A DNA stretch of 56,802 bases, counting the filler, from Sphacelaria rigidula (Eukaryota): assembly GCA_964200075.2 (NCBI GenBank). It is 4 parts of 4 records of this genome, joined end to end, with 100 filler letters (N's around TTAATTAATTAA, not from the genome) between each part and the next. Parts side by side here need not be neighbours in the genome. Positions count along the whole stretch, not along the records: positions 28,455 to 42,579 come from CAXNAA020002446.1; positions 42,680 to 56,802 come from CAXNAA020002447.1; 2 more parts are not named here. The stretch is one strand, 5' to 3'. Below the pieces are notes generated by a model that was not told the DNA's origin, made no database searches, and worked only from the letters and a program-made list of their open reading frames with translations. The stretch's first letter is position 1; every line of letters starts with the position of its first letter. The position numbers were made by a program, and so were the translations under genes. This document shows positions 35,501 through 48,690 of this stretch, piece after piece.

Positions 35501-37783
35501 ACGGGACAACCCGTTTCAGTTGCTCCGCGGGAGTGATGGAGGATGCACGGTACTGAACTGAAAACGATGGATCAACCCTCTGCCTGCACAGCTTGGTGCT
35601 TGCTTGACACCTGTGGTGAATTTGTTTTGCCACAGGTATGCTTTCTTGGTGAGACGAGACAAAGTCAGCACCCGTCATGCTACGATGAATATAGCGCTCC
35701 CTGTAGTTGGATAAATTTCTAGCTACCGATGTCATCTTCCAATCGGTGTTTTCGGCGTGACGAATGAACACCGCTGGCTCTACTGCCATTGAAAAAGTTC
35801 GATGCCTCCGATAAGACTTGAAATGAAACCGTCTCCGAGTCAACTATGCATGTGTACTGTACGTCATACATACTCAAACAGTATCAATGGTCGGCAAGGA
35901 GCAACAAATGGAGTCTTGGCGTGTTCCAGCTGGACTTTCGCACCATCGCTTCCCGTGCACACTGCCGAACATATCCCAATGTCGTGTCTTGTTTTAGGCC
36001 TCGACACTCAGTATCGTGAGTATCGAATAAACAGCTGTCAGAGTAGGTCGTGCAACCGTTCCCTCCCCCATGTAGTAGTAGTACCGACAAGTAGGCAGCT
36101 TCGTATTGGAACCTCGAGACACTTGGGTTTCATCTTTTCGTGGGTCGGCCGCATCTCCACATCCGAAGTCGATTGTGGTGGCGAGAGCGGCGTGGAGAAA
36201 CATTGCTCACACATCCTGCCGCGTTGTCGTTTTTCGACTGTGAGGTGTATCCAGATTATTTTCTCATGTGTACTCCGATTTTATCAGTGATCCTGCGGCG
36301 TTTGATCGGTTGATCGGTTGAGAAGTCATGACTGGCAGCATCATCATAGGTGGTGTCGGTAAATGACGATTTGAAGGGTCTCGATCCGTGTACAGGTTTT
36401 CATTTGCCATATTTTCGGAACCACGTACAGTAGCTAGTGCACGACAAATGGTGATGAACTCCCTCAGCTCGTGCTCTCGAAGTTGAAACGGACGGTACAT
36501 CCCTTTTGGCGTGGCCTTGTACTGTCTCACTCCATGCTCTCGGGACTACGATCATGGCCAATTCTTCTTGTTTTCACACATGTTTTTGTTTTTGCGCCTG
36601 TCGAATGGCAGGGTCCGACAAGCGCACACGCAACATCCTGCCCAATGGCTTTTACAAGTTCCTTGTGCACAACGTGAAGGAGCTGGAGCTTCTTCTGATG
36701 CACAACCGGTGAGGCGCTTGGCATCTACGTTAGTTTGAAATCGTACCGTACTGATTAATCGTATTCTCGATTGTGCAACAGCAGTGTTATTTTCAAAGCT
36801 GAACTAGTCAGCGTGCTTGGTAAAGGAAAGTACTTGGTTTTATTCGCTGCATTTCCGCTCTGATGACCGATGAGACACAGGGCGACACGAACAAAATAAG
36901 TGGGTTCCCTGCATCCGTACAGTTAACAGGGGATGCAGCACGGGCTCTGATCGATCACTCAGGCTCTTTCATCCTTTCACACCTGTGTTCGGATACTGAA
37001 CACGGTTCCGTGCGGTTTGGTAACGGTTTTGTCCGATTGTGCTAAAAACTGGTGAACCTGTAGCAAACATGGGAGTGGAAATAGCTATTGCTGGTTCGAC
37101 TTTTAAGTCGTTGCCGTTTGAAATTTTCTGGGAAAAACAAGATATGGAATTCTCTTGAATTTTTATATGGAACGAAATCAGAGTCATTATACTGAACTGC
37201 GACATAACACAGGAAGAGATTGCAAAGGGGGTAAAATCATCAATATGTACAATGAAAAGGTGGGGTTCTGGGTCATTGTTTTTAACGAGGAAGAACCATA
37301 TATTGAGGAAATCATGTCGAATTGAGATTGACGCTGGAATTTTGAGGAGAGCTGATGAACGGTATACAACAATTCGGTTACACTGTCTTGAGTCGTTTTA
37401 TTATCGAGATTGATCCTTCAATTGACCTGGATTCCCTCCGTCCAAAACATGAAGGAGACCCTGGTGACGCTCATCTCAGTGAGGAAGTTTTAGCTCTTGA
37501 ACTCAGGCGCCTTTTTTATTCTCGGAACTTTATTGCAATAAACCTGTATCGATGTTTCAAGCTGTCTGATCCTGACATTGTAACTGACGATATATTCTTT
37601 CGTGTGTGATGGCCGCGTCTGTGCTAAAATTGTGTCCTGCGTTTCAAAAACAGGAAGTACGCCGCGGAGATCGCCCACAACGTGTCATCGAGGAAGCGCA
37701 AAGACATCGTCGAGCGCGCGGGTCAGCTGCACATTCGCGTAACCAACGCTGGCGCCAAGCTCAGCGCCGAGGAGGACGCTTAA
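32566..37783 (+). CDS. RPL32: 60S ribosomal protein L32 (eL32), 3 exons, 136 aa
   Basis: Exons 32566-32749, 36612-36708 and 37654-37783 give ...[15 protein letters not shown]...[17 protein letters not shown]...[60 protein letters not shown]...; GT-AG sites, phases consistent. Confidence 0.98.
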
Positions 37784-39436
37784 ACGTGTTCACCTTTCAG
37801 CGACGTCACGGATGTTCTGCGATGCTTGCAACCAGCAGCTTCGGATTTCTTAGCACACTCAGCAAGAGTTACGCCACTTTACTCAGTTGTTCCTTGTCGG
37901 CAGCATGTGTCTGCGGGAGAATATGTCGAGGGCAAATATGGTAGGCAAACGCCTTCGCTGCCGCAGCTCGACGTGTGTCTCAGTGACCAGACGATGGCGT
38001 CTCGGCTTCCAGCTCGCCTGGATGGGACTGTGTTTTTGGTGAACGTTTTGCTGTTGTGATGCCAGACGTTACGGGCACGGGGGACTTGGAAAGTATCGAC
38101 AAATGAAAGTGGTGTTTTCCATTCACAATTTTTCTTCTGCAACTTCGACAGCGGGTAGTGTATGCGAACACATGATTCACACCTTGGAGATGGCGCATCG
38201 AGCTGTGTGCAAGTATCCCAACCGCGCTGGTGTCCTGCTGTTCCTGTAGATCATCGCAGTATGATGTCAAAACCTGAGGGAAATGATTTGTCTCGAATTC
38301 CTCGCTCTGTAGCTACACATACCAACACTACGAGCTGGGCCAGCGAATAAACCGCTATTCCGCCGGTGAATGATACCCCGTCCACTCTATCGAAGTCAGC
38401 TTGACGTGAGGATATCGCCGTGACACGCTGCCGCTATTCGGTATATACTGTTTTGGTGACGGTATAATGTGCGTTCCAAGTTGGCTCTTTTTCCTACCGT
38501 GTACTGCGGCCCTCTTTTTTGGAACGCAAATCATTTTTCCGTGCCCACGTTCGGAAATCCACTTTTATACCGAACGTCAACAATGCTATACAAGGTCAAG
38601 AATTTCGCGGCAGTTTTTCACCCCGGACTGATCATGTCGAGGTACTCTCTCTTGTGAGATTCTTCAACTGGCTCTAATTTTCTGGGCGTCTTCGTCTTTT
38701 CTCGGAGATATATTTTTCAACCCACGTGTTGATGATACACATGTGGAATTGAAACCAAGAGTTCAATTCCTCACACCCAGGAGGTGGGCCAATCTTGAAG
38801 TGGATCCGAAAGTCGCTGACGGATGTTTGATTCAATTTCAAGTGTCGTGTTACGAAATTTGTCATGGAGTGGTTGGGGGGAATTTTGAAGAAAACAATGA
38901 ACGGACTCACTTTGGCAACTAGAGGGCAAAAATCTAGATCCAGCTTTCACCGAAGTCGAGGACTCGAGCGCGAGATGTCTTTGAGAAATTTCCTTGTGAG
39001 AACGTCCTACCGATTCTCCATTCCGAATTTTGAATCGCAACTTTCAACTCTCAAAACGGAGGTGATGATTCCGTGTGTATATTGGACCAGCCCACGGGCG
39101 CTGTATGCTGCAGCTCGTTTAATGGCTCAGTGTTCTGATTTGAGTCTAGAGTGAAGCGCTCGGAGAATCGTAAGGGTGCTGTGGAAAACATCCGCGAGAC
39201 AGCAACTTCCGAAATTTTAGTACAGTACGGACCATTTTTTCCACGAGTAACTCCAGGAACTATGTTTTCGTGAGATTCAAAGAGGAGCATTGATTGAGCG
39301 TAGGTTTTATCATTCGATTTCGCCTTACCAATTTTACACTGTGTGCCTTGCTTTGCCTTCATCACTAGCTACTCGTCGACATCCTAGTCAGTGATGTCAA
39401 GGGCTTCAGTGTCAAGCTACCATGAACTACCGACCG

Positions 39437-39740
39437 GTCGCCCCGATGGCTCAGTTGGTAACCTCGTAATCTTCTGATGGTTGAGATGTGGGGTTCGATT
39501 CTCGGAGCGGTCTGGGATCTTTTCTTACACCATGCCCAGCAGTGGAGAGCGACCATGTCGTGGGTACACAAAATACGACTTAGCTGTCGACGAATGATGG
39601 GGACCCCTGAACCCCTCTCGCGATAAAAAATAAGAAGGCAAGCACCGCAAAAGGAAGGTGGGGTACTAAAAACAAAAATGAAGAGGCTCCTGTGTGTCCG
39701 CGACTGGCGCCCAGAACAGAAGGGACGACAACACACACAG
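39437..39740 (+). mobile_element. tRNA-derived SINE, copy 2
   Basis: gtcgccccgaTGGCTCAGTTGG (A box) and GGTTCGATTC (B box); body homologous to 25625-25942. Confidence 0.85.
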
Positions 39741-39744
39741 AGTG

Positions 39745-39852
39745 TATCGGGTCTCGTGGAGGGGCATCTCGGACTGAAACTATTACTTCATTAAATGACC
39801 GTTTCTCCCTCTCAAGGGAATCGTCTACTCTCAATCTCACGAAAACATTGTT
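39745..39852 (+). repeat. Interspersed repeat fragment shared with 2396-2504
   Basis: Directly follows SINE copy 2; similarity to the reverse complement of 2396-2504. Confidence 0.75.
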
Positions 39853-42224
39853 TATGGCCTCAACTTGTATAAAAGACTCACATCTTCCACTGACTCATGT
39901 TTTTATACATTTGCGATTCTCAGGCCCTGCCTCATCAAATTGTTTTCGACTTGAAAACACACGGCGGAATTTAGTTTGCTCGTACATGATACGTACACGG
40001 CATTTATGTTCTCAACCGTCTGAGAAAACAAATAGCGTGAACGAATCAGAAAACAGCGAATTCGATTCGACCGCACGGTTCCGACACGAGAACAATTTGA
40101 TAAAACACGGCCTCTACATTGGCATATCAGAGCACAATTCGAACAAACCGAACGGAGGAACTGAGATACGGGCAAAAAACGGTATCTATTTTTCGCAAGA
40201 ATGTCCCGACGACCGCTTCTCGCACGAAAAAGAAAATCTCGTTGAAAGCTGCCTTTTTGTTCCACCTGCATCGTTTTACACCCTGAAGGAGGACTAAACG
40301 GATATTGACGCGGTGGAATGGCTCACTATATTCGTGACAACCTTGTTGCTCTTTCTAGCCCCCTTCAAGAATCTCAACAACCCTACTTCCACCGCTAGGG
40401 CGGATCATAAGAGTCTAAATCCAGGCGTCGGACAGATTGTGATCCATCTGAAAATTACTTCCTCTCAGTATACTGACCTGGATGATGATCCGGATCATCA
40501 GTTGGTCCCTCTTTTTCATGTTCGCTCCCTACAGGGCCAGATACCGAGAACGCCAAGTAACGCAAAGGTCGCGCTTTGGCTTGTCTGGTTCCGTTCCGCG
40601 GTCACATGTTTTGTGTTTTTGGATCAACGGATCGGAGAGTGTTCTTTGAGTATCACTGATTTCAGATGAATGACGATTTTTCCGACGTGTGCTCATTTAT
40701 GAAGTAGATATGAAGGCGATCCAGAGTGATCTCGCGATAGTTCCCCTCCCCCCCCCAAAAACAAATCCCAAAATGGTCACGAAGAAAATAGCCATGCAGC
40801 GCATGATGGCTGGTGATGGGCTTCATGAGAGCCCCCTTAAGTCCTGGCTGCTCGTAGTGTTTTTTGTTGTTTTTGCTGTTGTTGTCGTCTTCACATCAAA
40901 AACCGTGCTCATGTCTGCGCAGTACTCTTGTGTGCTCGTCGTCTTTTGTCATTTTGCTTTACATGTACATATGGCCTCATGAAATCAGCGACCTTTCTGG
41001 GGGGGGCTATCGCGTCATCACTCCCCACCAGATGACCACCCGTGGTGGTCGAGTCGAGGGATCAACCTCCTCAACCACCCGCCATTTGGTGTACTCTCAT
41101 AGTACAGGGCATCGTTCCTGTGTGATGCGAATCGCGAAATCAAGAATTGATTCGATACTCCTTCACTGCTTAAAAGCCCGCCAAATCTATATGACATCGA
41201 AATGCATGGGAAGAAGCCCCGTGACAAGGGGTGACAACACAAGAAGTAACAATCTCGGGAAGGCCTGGTGATGAAAAACTCTAGGGGGGCGTCGTACCCA
41301 GCAACACCTCCGTACGTAACACAGATCGGAATGCAAGAGTCAAGAGTGGTGACCGTATACTACGTCAGAGCTGAATGCTCATGGTAAAGTATCGTTTCGT
41401 GTCCGAGACGGCTAGCACACCAACACGAAATTACAACAAAAACGTAAAAGACAAACACACGAGTAGAACACACGCTCTGCACAGTTGGGATTGCGGACAC
41501 CTTCCGATCCTCGCCAATACCGTCCATACGGTGCTGCGTGCTAAGGCGAAAATGCCGCGCATACCAGTACACCATGATGCAAAAGCTTTGCCGCCGCGAA
41601 AAGGGTTCCAAGATTTAATCAAACTGGGAATTGCTCTACATCACCACCTGCTACTGTAGTACAATGCCTGTGCCTGGAGAAAGACTTGACGGCATCAGTA
41701 TCTGTCCGTCAGCAAGCAACATGTGAGTGCTTCGCACATTTGAAGTTTCTCATTTTTACAGAGGGAAACATAATCAACCTTCTATGCACAGATGGTTTAC
41801 CCAGACCCTTGCTTGCCTGTTCACAATCAACAGCTCCAGCACAGGCGACAGCTAACACACCACGAATAAAACAAGCGAACACACACCATCATTTTCATGA
41901 CAAGAGATGACAATGTCAACAAGTGTACCACGTACAGTATGGAATATTTTGTCTTTTGCAATAGACTCAATAGTCAATACTGTACGCAGCACACTTTCTG
42001 ACAACGTAACTTATAGTCATTCTACACCAATTGTGCGAAAGTGCACACGCGTACCAAACCGAGAAAAACAACGAAGACAAGCATGAAATGGCACTTCGCG
42101 TCACTCAACATGAATGATACGGATAAGTAACAAAATGGAACAGATACATGAAGCAATATACACGACAATTGTGTATGTACATCGTTCGGCTATGGCTGGA
42201 TCTTCTGGTAACGGCTGCGGATTC

Positions 42225-42422
42225 TCAACAGCACCCCCGTGTGTTGTGCAGCCGCGCGCGTTCGTTAGCGATATCCAACGTCGTCCCTCCCCCCAGCAAA
42301 GGGTTGATTTGCAGTTCGCGCTCTCGCTTCCTGAATTGGTCGAGCGCCAGCATTGCCACTGCCTGCATGGCCACCTCCACTCCGGTCCCGTCCTTCGCGC
42401 TAGTTTCGATGTGTCCCATGTG
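42225..42422 (-). CDS. Last exon of a Rab-family small GTPase
   Basis: Acceptor tttcacgcag, then HMGHIETSAKDGTGVEVAMQAVAMLAL...NTRGCC*; G5 motif ETSAK and terminal CC prenylation motif. Upstream exons lie beyond the contig end. Confidence 0.88.
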   Translation of the reverse strand, partial: HMGHIETSAKDGTGVEVAMQAVAMLALDQFRKRERELQINPLLGGGTTLDIANERARLHNTRGCC

Positions 42423-42579
42423 CTGCGTGAAACATGAGCAAGGCAAAAAGTCAAACGGTGGTGACTAATCAATTCTTCACCTGTCCGACCCCGATCGTTG
42501 TGTGAAATTATCCGCAAGCAGTCCCGCCGCGCCCGGGTGGTGTTAATGGTCCGACTGTCGCCATTAGGGTGGAGAGAAC

Positions 42580-42679
42580 NNNNNNNNNNNNNNNNNNNNN
42601 NNNNNNNNNNNNNNNNNNNNNNNTTAATTAATTAANNNNNNNNNNNNNNNNNNNNNNNNNNNNNNNNNNNNNNNNNNNN
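42580..42679. other. Artificial contig linker
   Basis: N44-TTAATTAATTAA-N44. Confidence 0.98.
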
Positions 42680-42792
42680 CCTTTAAAAACAAAAAAAAAC
42701 ACAAACAAAGGGGGGAAGGATGGGCAAAAAAATAATTGCCCTTTTTTTTCCGGCCCCCCCCCCCCCCCCCCCCCCCCACATCGTAGGATGAC

Positions 42793-43875
42793 TCAAGTAA
42801 TAGAAAAGGGTAAGGCATAGATAGGCAGGATGGACGTGGTCCTCAGAGGCTCGCACCTAGACATTAGGATAAAGAGATGTATCCTGATAAACGCGATCGT
42901 ACCAGAGTTGGAATATGCAGGAGAAGTATGGGAGGGGAACGTAAAATTCGTCGAAAAGTTAGAAACAGTATAGATGGCAGCAGCTAAGAAGATAATTGGA
43001 TGCTCGAAAACGACGAGTAATACAGCACTGAGAGCAGAGTGGGAATGTAGTCACTTGAAACAGAGACATGAGGAAATTGAGATGGCAATATGGCTTGAAG
43101 AGCATGCAGAGAAAGAGACTGCCAGCTATAGTTGATAAGGCTGTATGGAAGAAAAGTACGAAGGGGCATATTATAAGATGGGATAAGAAAGTCGAGAAGG
43201 TAAAGAAGGAGGAAGGAGGAAACCAAGACGAAATACTGCCCATAGGTGAAGGCGCGGGGTACAAGACGAAAGTAAGAGATATGGTCGAAATAAGGGGAAA
43301 AGGAGCGCTCAGACGCACTGTAGACGAGGAAGAACACCTGAAGATATACGGGGGTTGGTTGAGAGAGGGAATCGGGATGAAAAGATATCTGCATGGCCCC
43401 ATGGACGCGGCGAAAAAACTTAAACTGCGATTTCGGGAGGGGGACCTGAACCTGCCAGGAAGAAGGAAGAGATATACCAGTAGTCGTGTGGAGGAGGAAG
43501 TAGATGCACAGAACTGCCTCTGCGGCAAAGCAATAGAAAGCAGAAGTCATATAGTTGCAGATAGTGGACTATACAAGGAGGAACGGGACGTGCGAGAGGG
43601 GGAAATGCAGAACGTGACCGAAGGTGGGATGAAATCGTTCGATGCATTAGACAGGAGCGAGAAAACGATGGTTACACTAGGAGATAAATGGTGGCCAGAG
43701 ACGATGACACAGGACAGGGATAAGATATGTAGAAGGTTCTTGTGTAAAGTATGGAAGAAACGTAATGAGCGCCGTGATGTCGGGGGTGTCTCTATTAGGA
43801 GTAGGAACGATGCTCCGTTTCGAAAGGGATGCGTGGTCAATCGTCAAACGATCAAGTCAAGCAACAAATGAGTAC
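42793..43875 (+). mobile_element. Non-LTR retrotransposon (LINE) 3' fragment, degenerate
   Basis: Post-RT motifs IKRCILINAIVPELEYAGEVW, AAKKIIGCSKTTSNTALRAE and RKLRW, plus C-terminal zinc-knuckle remnant CLCGKAIESRSHIVAD; stops and a frameshift. Confidence 0.88.
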
Positions 43876-46800
43876 GCCCCCCCCCCGCTGAGGTTCGGCG
43901 TTAGTTGGCAACGAGGCTGTAAAACACGCCATTCACTGCGTAAGCTGAGCAATCAGGATGCCCTTTTGTTTTTCGCTTGCGATTTGTTTTCGCGGTAACC
44001 ATGATGTTGGTCGAGCTAGATCATATCGCGCGGGGTGGAGAGCCCGAACTTTGCGCAAAGGGGATGATCATACTACGTAGCGTTCATATGACGAAACGCC
44101 CATGAGGCAGTGTATGACCCGTGGCTGTCTGTGAAAGTGGCGGTTCTAGACCATGAACAAACTCATTGTAGGTTGTCGTCAATATTTAAGATAATCAGAA
44201 CGCTTCGGGTCACACAATCTTAGCAGGATACAGCTCACCCTTCATGCGATTCGCCGAACATATCACGGCGCTTCGCGCTTGGTGATTGATTGCGAGCCTG
44301 GGCCGGCGAAAACCCGGCGTGCTCTTCCGGCTGTGTAGGGATGCGAGGCCAATCATCTCATGACTAGGGCATGCAGCATCATGAGTACTGTACACCTGCC
44401 CCGACATCTATCTTCGTTCATAAGGGTCGTGATGAAGGACGATTTTTTTTTCGCTCGTTAAGTATGCTGAAGAAAGAACGGAAAGTAAAAAGAAACGTCG
44501 TTACACTATTACAGGAGCACACGATCATACCTGCATGTGCTATGTTTGTCCTCTTTGTTCCTCAGAAGAATTGGCGGTGTACTCCTGAAAGCTACGGTAC
44601 GAATTTTTATATTCCAAAATGGTTTTACAATACCTGCAAGTATCTGCATGTGTCGTCTCGCTCATTGCGTTGAACCTTGAGCAAGTGCGTTCCGTGTATA
44701 TTCGGTCAGGGTAGGCCATGTCTCTTGATGGCGATAAGGTCGCCTCGCGATTTCTACATATATATGTTGCTTTCAGTCGAAGATTTTAGCAGCTCGGTAT
44801 TCGGACACTCATCCAAAGTACCCCTCCCCCCCGTCCCCCCTTCCCCTGACACCACTTGTGCCTGCCGTTTTTGGCGCTTGGGCAAAAGTACAGATTTGCC
44901 GTGACTGCGGTATGGACGGATTTTGCTCCAAGCCCATTACGTTGGCCTTACTGAAGCGTATGATCACGGACCACTGCGAGAAAAACGCGACGACTACTGC
45001 TGGCGATGCGGTGAGATATACCGAAAATATCATCTGGAGATACACCACTTCGTAAATACTACGTGTGTGAATTCGAAAGCGAAATAAGTGAGTATCTGAG
45101 AATGAAAACAATTGAAACGACACATCGGCCCTGCCTGTTGCTTTTGAAAATTGAGCACAATTGATATTTGAAGCAAAAACAAAACGCTCTATGTCATCAC
45201 CGAGTTTGGGCATCCGTAGCCAACACGTTTGATCACTTCGCTTTCTCGTGTGAAGTTCAGCTTATTATCTCATTGAGCCACCTCAATAGGGGAACGTGGA
45301 TTTCGGTCACTGTGTGAGGACTTCATGTACTGCAGGACACACAGTAAAAATATGGCCTTCAACAACAAAAAAGAGAATTCCTGTAGCGATTTACACGTTT
45401 TTGCTGTACCCTCATGAAGACTCAGTTTCAGGAGCTGAGCAGAACGTGCTTGATGCTGACGACATGACAAGCACACCACCCTTGGCCAGAATTGCGCTAC
45501 TGTACGAGTTTCCACCTCGTTAGGGAGCAAAGAATTGGACCAGAATGCAGGCGTTGATGTATGTTTCTACACAATTTGCCATGTTGACAGTCAAATAAGT
45601 ATTTCCTCGCTGGTCTTTTCTCCGTAATAGTCACAAATGATAGCCATATCTTTACACACGTGTTTGTGAGTTATTAGACATGTTTACTTGTTTGAGCGCT
45701 CATGAACTCGGCTCCGACATTTCGTCCGCTGAAAGCCCTACAAAGGTCTGGGAGATGATCATGATATAGATTTAGATCGACGCCAATTGGACATGGGCGC
45801 CGAGGAGGAGTGTTGCAAGATAGTTGTAGTCAGTGATCGAATAGCAGACTTTTGCGATCTTCCGGGGAGAAATATAATATGCACGTTTATTGAGTTCGAT
45901 GTATCATGTGCTGTGCATGCTGACATCTTTGCACATATATGGCCACACGTAATGCTGTCGCGAGCGCCGCTGTTGTGTTGCTGTACGGGAGAGGGCGCCG
46001 TGCCGCAAATTGTGGCATATGGACGAATAGCTATCGTTCAACGGGCGATCAATGCGTGGCATCTACGTCATACAAGTAGGCGTTGTCCCTCCGCAAGCAA
46101 TAAACATTCTGAATCTCCCTCCCCGCCCCCCCGGCAAATGCCCATCCGTTAGTGTCCAACTAGGGGTCTGGGCGTTGGAATATTTTAATTTTTCAGTACA
46201 GCAGTAGGGTCAAACGCTACGCGTGGTGCTCACAGTAGACCTACTCGACCAATCGCTATCGGGCAATGCATCCGTACAGGGGGAGAGATGCGTTCGTCTC
46301 TTGAGATCACGGGCTCATCCCGAGGAAGGGGAGGGGTTCAAAGTGCGACAAACTAAATAAATACTAGATGAGAAAAATGGATCCGTGTTCAGTTGGGGAA
46401 GGCTGCAAGACGGGCGGCAAGAAGTGCAGTCCGCATGATACAGAACACTGGGTGAAATGAGATGAGACAAGCTCACTCAGAAACAACGACTACACTATTG
46501 AAAAGTTCGATGAAAGGTCTCAGCAAATGTTGAAATGGCTGAACACATTTATGGAGTTGTGACTTTACTTTCAGTTTGCATCAACCGTGGGGATGGTGGT
46601 GTATTGAGGTGAGAAGTAGTTGCACAGATCTACAATACAATATTAGCTACTGGATAAAGTAGGATCATGCGTCATTTTCTATTCAATCCTTCGGCTACGA
46701 AGTGGTCACTTTATTTCCATGTATGCCAATGCGAGGGTTCGCGAGTTGACCCTTGAACATGAATGCTCGTGCAGAAAGATCCAAGATTTTTCCTCAGTGA

Positions 46801-48652
46801 AATGCGGAAGTGTGTCTGTTCTTTGAATAGTGGAAACTTTTGACCATGTTGTAGGCTCTGCTCTTCACTCGAGATATTCAAATCTTCTACAACTTCGGAA
46901 CATTTTCTCTACCATAAATACCCCAAGTTTCAAATGTTTGCGGTTAAAGAGACGAAAAACTTCCCATTTTTTTTGTTATTTGTGTTTTCAACATTCGTGT
47001 CTGTGAAATAAGGCGAAAACATCCTCACGTTTAGTAGCACTGTGTCTGGAACAGCGCCTGAGGGGATACGATATTGACATGTTTTCCATTTCTCAGCGTG
47101 GTGTTCACAAGTTGTGATGTGAAGTTTCGCATTCGTAAACGATTCGACAGACGCATTCAACATCGTCATAGAGACAATGCAGTGTCTATTGTGTCATATG
47201 CGCGAGCGCTCCGTCGCGTGGCTCGTGCTCACTCACCCAGAAGCCGAAACTAGGTCGTTGACCTTCGAATACACCGTTGAGTATACAGGTGATTCCATAG
47301 AGATCTGAGTGGTAACTCGGAACCTAAGATACTTTATGTTAGTAAACCTGTGGCTATTCAAGATCGAAGATACTGGACTTCCTCATAGTATGTTGGGTCC
47401 GATTTGCCGGTGTAACATCATCGTTGACTTATGCGATGCGTGAGTTGCTTGCCCCGCTGGGCTGTGTGCTGTATTAGATTTTCTTTGCAACAGTAACTGG
47501 GGTATAAACACCTTCAAAGCACATAGTGTCGACTACGCGCCCGGCAGTTTGAAGTTGGGTCTACTGGTCCACGGCTAGAACATAGGAACGAGCTACCGTC
47601 ACCGTCGACAGTCTGTTGAGGTGCAGTTTTCACCAGATCGGACAGACGGGTTGAACAATTTGAGGAGGTTACTCAGCCAGGAGAATGCTGTTTCAGTTTG
47701 TTGTAAACAAAATCGAAAACAGGCGTTCTAGAAGTCACTCACCAACGCGATAAAGATGTGCACCGTCACACAGCTCATGGGACTAGGATGTTGAAGAAAG
47801 GTTGGGGTGAAGAAGGCACTATACGCCTTTTCGATTCAACACGTGAGTTCGAGTCAGGACACCTAACCCTGACATCATCAAGCTTTGTTGCCGGCGCAAC
47901 ACGAGCTGATGGGCCAACCAATATCAAACTGCGTCACCCAGGAGGGGGGGGGGGGGGTTGTAAGTTTCGTGTAATGTTGCTTCAGGTGATTACTACGCTC
48001 GTCCAGTAAACAACACTGGGTTGGGGAACCCAGAAAGGGTCATGTACGACAATCGTTCAGCGTTTTCACCTGGGGGCGAGAAGGTGGGCTGGCGTATGGG
48101 TACTGGAATCATAGGTCACCAGAAGAACGAATGAGTTTGTTCCCGAAAAGTAAGGGTATCGCTTGCTCGGAACTTGAGCCGCGAATTGAGACGTATACAA
48201 GACCTTTTCAGGAACTTTTCAGGTGGACTTTTACGGTGCTTTGTTCAGACAAGTGCCCCTTAAGACGTGTTTTCTGTTGATGAGAGGGCACCACTGGGTT
48301 GGGATCGAGTAAGATAAGTATTTTCAACACTTGTACCCTGATATCGCTTATTTGGTACTCATTATCTCACACCGCTCTAGACGGGGATCAAAAGGTCGCG
48401 ACTGCGTGGTTCGCAATCTAATAATGAGTAGCCTGACGCGAGACATTGCATGCACATTCGGCTTCGGATATGATGAGCTGTTGAAGTGCTAGGGATGCCC
48501 TTTGGTTAACCCTTAGACTGCGAACTCCCTTCAGATGGACCCAGAGATGAACTGTGCCACGTTTGGGGTTCAGAACAGCTGTTTTTTCACTACACAAAGC
48601 ACCGTTTTTAATGAACATGTGGATGTTGGGCATATATATATTGAGAGAGGGA

Positions 48653-48655
<3 letters not shown>

Positions 48656-48686
<31 letters not shown>
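48656..48686. repeat. (GA)n microsatellite
   Basis: gagagagaga... run. Confidence 0.95.

Positions 48687-48690
<4 letters not shown>

Noticed and set aside
39437-39510. Functional tRNA gene (also 25870-25942)
   Set aside because: Stems are degenerate and both copies continue into a shared non-tRNA body of over 200 bp, which indicates a SINE.
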